Shown here one piece after another: positions 56,518 through 59,406 of a stretch of 59,406 bases of DNA (the first letter of the stretch is position 1; every line of letters starts with the position of its first letter). The position numbers and the translations under genes were made by a program. The notes below the pieces were generated by a model. That model was not told where the DNA came from. It did no database searches and saw nothing but the letters and a program-made list of their open reading frames with translations. The DNA comes from an uncultured Acidaminococcales bacterium (GTDB lineage Bacteria; Bacillota; Negativicutes; Acidaminococcales; Acidaminococcaceae). The stretch is taken from assembly GCA_964427675.1 (NCBI GenBank), contig CAYRVN010000002.1, positions 1 to 59,406 on the forward strand, in the 5' to 3' direction.

Positions 56518-58254
56518 ATGCGAACGCTATTAGTTGCAAATAACAGTAAATATATACATTCATCTTTAGGGATCAGATCAGTAAGTTATTACTGTAAACA
56601 AAAAGGATTTGAAATAGACTTTTGCGAGCAGACAATACAAACACCTTTGCTTGCCTCTTTGGCTGAAATCAGTTCTTATGAACCTGATATTATAGGCCTC
56701 GACGTCCATATTTGGAACAAAAACTATGTATATTCATTGGTAAGCTTAGTCCGCAAGGTTATGCCGGAGAGCATTATAGTACTTGGAGGCCCGGAGGTTT
56801 CTTTTACTGCGGCCGCCGCCTTTTGCGAGTGCCCGGATGCTGATTTTATAGTGCAAGGTGAGGGGGAGGAAGTTTTCGCTTCACTTCTGAATGATTTGGA
56901 AAAAAGACAAAAAGTTATTTCCAAAAGTATTGCCTGGATTGATGAAGATGGCGGCATTCAAAATGCTGGCAATTTGGCCGTTGTTGAAGACTTGGCTGTT
57001 TTACCATTTTCATACGATGATATAAAGCATTTTAAGGAACTTCATAAAATTGCTTATTATGAATGCACACGTGGCTGCCCGTTCAGTTGTTCTTATTGTT
57101 TGTCAGGAATTTCGCATTATGTTAGAAGGAAACCGCTTGATAAGGTCCTGGAAGAATTGGATAAATTTATCGAAGCTGAAATCCCTTTAGTCAAGTTCGT
57201 AGATCGTACATACAATTTGGGGGAAGATTACTTTTTACCGATTATGCAGCATCTTGCTGATAAAGAGACTAAAACACTTTTTCATTTTGAAATAAAGGCT
57301 GATTTACTTTCACAAAATGTAATTAACTTTCTAAAGACTGTCCCCAAAGGAAGGTTTCAGTTTGAGATTGGTGTACAAACCACCAATCAGCAAACTTTGA
57401 AGGCTATAGGCAGAAAAGATGACTGGCAGGCTTTAGTGAAAAATGTTAAAGAAATTCTTACCTTCGGCAATATACATTTGCATCTTGATCTTATTGCAGG
57501 ATTGCCTTATGAAGGCATACTTAGCTTTAAAAAATCTTTTAATGATGTTTATGCTTTACGCCCTCATATGCTGCAACTTGGATTTTTAAAAGTGTTAAAG
57601 GGATCGTTGATGTCGAAACAGGCTGAAGAGCATGGCATTGTTTATATGGATGATACTCCTTATGAAGTCTTACAAACGAATTATCTTTCATATAAAGAGA
57701 TGCGGTTTTTGAAAGTTTTGGAAGATGTTTTTGAACATACCTATAACACTGGAAAATTTGATTATTTTTTAGAACACATAATTAATGAATATTATGAAGC
57801 CGATGCATATTCTTTTTATGAGGACCTTAGTATCTGGTGGGATAGTAAGGGATTGTATCCGGAAGGGCATAATATCAGAAATGTGACTTTATTGTTGAAA
57901 TTGTTCTGTGACGAAAAATTTCCTGAGCAGGCGAAGACTTTAAATGAAATTTTACGTTTCGACGTGTTTTTGAAACAACCAGGTTGGCAACCGGATAATT
58001 TCAAGTGGCATGGCGAAGAAATCAAAGAGAAGGTATTAGAATTTTGGCGTAACGAAAAAACCATAAAAAAATATTTGCCATCGTATGACTTTTCAACATG
58101 GCGGAAGGTGCGCAAGTATCTGCCTATTGAACGATTCGAATGGCACCCGGATAAGGGCGTTAATTCTGATTTTATCGTGCTTGCCGATCTGACCGGAGCA
58201 GAAGTTCATTATTTGGAGATAGAGGGCAAAGATTTTTATGACAAGCAGATATAA
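56518..58254 (+). CDS. B12-binding-domain radical SAM protein with DUF4080-like C-terminal domain
   Basis: N-terminal Rossmann-like module MRTLLVANNSKYIHSS, then YECTRGCPFSCSYC (CX3CX2C). Start ATG 56518 behind GGAAGGA. Confidence 0.7.
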   Translation: MRTLLVANNSKYIHSSLGIRSVSYYCKQKGFEIDFCEQTIQTPLLASLAEISSYEPDIIGLDVHIWNKNYVYSLVSLVRKVMPESIIVLGGPEVSFTAAAAFCECPDADFIVQGEGEEVFASLLNDLEKRQKVISKSIAWIDEDGGIQNAGNLAVVEDLAVLPFSYDDIKHFKELHKIAYYECTRGCPFSCSYCLSGISHYVRRKPLDKVLEELDKFIEAEIPLVKFVDRTYNLGEDYFLPIMQHLADKETKTLFHFEIKADLLSQNVINFLKTVPKGRFQFEIGVQTTNQQTLKAIGRKDDWQALVKNVKEILTFGNIHLHLDLIAGLPYEGILSFKKSFNDVYALRPHMLQLGFLKVLKGSLMSKQAEEHGIVYMDDTPYEVLQTNYLSYKEMRFLKVLEDVFEHTYNTGKFDYFLEHIINEYYEADAYSFYEDLSIWWDSKGLYPEGHNIRNVTLLLKLFCDEKFPEQAKTLNEILRFDVFLKQPGWQPDNFKWHGEEIKEKVLEFWRNEKTIKKYLPSYDFSTWRKVRKYLPIERFEWHPDKGVNSDFIVLADLTGAEVHYLEIEGKDFYDKQI

Positions 58255-59191
58255 TAATTATTCGGATTTTCTTAAAAACAAATATGGGGTAAAAGTATAC
58301 AAGCTGCCAATAAGTATTCCTGTGACCTGTCCAAATCGAGATGGCACATGTGGATTTGAGGGATGCAGCTTCTGCGGTGATATAGGTGCTGGCTACCAGC
58401 ATGTTCCAGAAACAGTCGGCATTAAAGAACAAATTGCCATGCATAAAGGGCATATTATAGATAAATATAAAGCTAAAAAATTTATAGCCTATTTTCAAAA
58501 CTATTCAAATACTTATTTGCCATTAGCAACTTTGGAAAAATTTCTGCTTGAAGCCTGTGATGAGGATGTTGTTAGGATTGCCTTAGCTACCCGCCCCGAC
58601 TGCGTAAGTGATAGTTATTTGGAAAAACTAGCAGATATTAAAAGAAAAACGAAAGTCGACATAAGTGTTGAGTTAGGCCTGCAGACCGTTAATTATCACG
58701 CGCTTGAAGAAATACGTCGGGGCCATTCATTGGCGGAATATCTTGATGCTATGCAACGGATTAACAAATACGGACTGGAAAGTTGTACGCATGTTATATT
58801 GAACCTGCCAGGCAGTGATAGACTGGATGTTATTGAAACAGCCAAAGTTTTGTCCGCTATGAAAACGACGGAAGCCAAAATACATGGCCTCTATATAATA
58901 AAGGGGACATTAATGGCTGATGAGTATCTTGCTGGCAAGCTGCAGCTTGTTAGCATGGAAGAGTATATTGAACGAGTTATTTTGTTTTTGGAATATCTGG
59001 ATAAAGCAATTGTTGTCCAGCGCTTGATTGGCAGAGCACCAGCTTCTCATACAGAGTTCAGCAATTGGGGAGAAAATTGGTGGGATATAAAGGGTAAAAT
59101 CGAGAAAATACTTGAAGAACGTGATAGTTATCAAGGTCGATTATGCGATTATTTAAATGGAAAAGCGTTAAAAAAGTTTGAAATTATGTAA
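58238..59191 (+). CDS. TIGR01212-family radical SAM protein (YhcC/YtqA-like)
   Basis: N-terminal CPNRDGTCGFEGCSFCG block characteristic of this family. 17-nt overlap with the upstream radical SAM gene. Confidence 0.7.
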   Translation: MTSRYNNYSDFLKNKYGVKVYKLPISIPVTCPNRDGTCGFEGCSFCGDIGAGYQHVPETVGIKEQIAMHKGHIIDKYKAKKFIAYFQNYSNTYLPLATLEKFLLEACDEDVVRIALATRPDCVSDSYLEKLADIKRKTKVDISVELGLQTVNYHALEEIRRGHSLAEYLDAMQRINKYGLESCTHVILNLPGSDRLDVIETAKVLSAMKTTEAKIHGLYIIKGTLMADEYLAGKLQLVSMEEYIERVILFLEYLDKAIVVQRLIGRAPASHTEFSNWGENWWDIKGKIEKILEERDSYQGRLCDYLNGKALKKFEIM

Positions 59192-59289
59192 AATTTTGTG
59201 CTCCATAAAGTATGTGTTTGTGCCATTCAACAATGCAACGCACCCTAGTGTTTCCTTGATAAATAGTAAAAAAGTTTCAAAAAGAGGGC

Positions 59290-59318
59290 TTGCAATCTTG
59301 GGGTGCAAGTGATAATAT
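59290..59318 (+). promoter_or_regulatory. Putative sigma-A promoter (P1) with A-rich upstream element, probably of a stable-RNA operon beyond the window
   Basis: AAAAAAGTTTCAAAAAGAGGGC upstream, then TTGCAA - 17 nt - TAATAT. Confidence 0.5.
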
Positions 59319-59384
59319 ATAAGAGCTCCACTTGAGGAGCCAATATCACACAGAAAGCTTTGAAAAAAGCTTCCAAGAAAAAGG

Positions 59385-59406
59385 TTGACAGCGTCAACGC
59401 AAAGTG
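59385..59406 (+). promoter_or_regulatory. Second candidate promoter (-35 only; -10 lies beyond window end)
   Basis: GAAAAAGG-TTGACA at 59385-59390. The window ends 16 nt later. Confidence 0.3.

Overview
This 59.4-kb window is core chromosome from a low-GC Firmicute. It is almost entirely coding: about 60 protein genes, one tRNA-Pro(CGG) and one tyrS T-box leader. I saw no rRNA, CRISPR array, IS/transposase, integrase or phage gene. Gene order follows the Bacillus ylb-ylq neighbourhood. In order: addB (5' cut by the window edge)-addA; an MBL-fold hydrolase; a Na+/solute symporter; a secreted glucosaminidase-domain protein; a tightly coupled trmL-queD(PTPS)-folE2-folP-folK-DUF815 ATPase-pepT block; and a minus-strand island (tyrS with T-box, mscL, tRNA-Pro, a DUF4127-like exported protein). 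Then come rsmD-coaD-coiled-coil protein-patatin(ylbK), tmcAL(ylbM, inverted), ackA and yceD-rpmF, followed by a complete type II fatty-acid operon fapR-plsX-fabH-fabD-fabG-acpP-fabK-fabF. After that: rnc, an ELP3-like radical SAM gene, smc-ftsY, ylxM-ffh-rpsP-KH(ylqC)-ylqD-rimM-trmD-SPOUT-like gene-rplS, lepB-rbgA, rnhB-yraN-comM, and a GGDEF cyclase. The window ends with eamA and nadE (minus), ybaK, thrC, pepF (minus), two overlapping radical SAM genes, and what looks like the tandem promoter region of a stable-RNA operon. Several ORF-track starts were moved downstream to starts with good Shine-Dalgarno spacing. Several sigma-A promoters fit the consensus by eye, two perfectly (TTGACA-17-TATAAT), and most intrinsic terminators are clear hairpins. 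I do not see an obvious horizontally acquired island or defence system. The best candidates for something undescribed are conserved unknowns embedded in housekeeping operons. These are the coupled B12/DUF4080-type plus TIGR01212-type radical SAM pair, the folB-less pterin operon coupled to a DUF815 ATPase, and an AddA that carries AddB-type Fe-S staple cysteines. Others are the DUF4127-like exported protein, a stand-alone DnaA-domain-I-like small protein, an ELP3-like radical SAM gene, and a second SPOUT enzyme overlapping trmD. All family assignments come from motifs recognised by eye and need HMM or structure confirmation.
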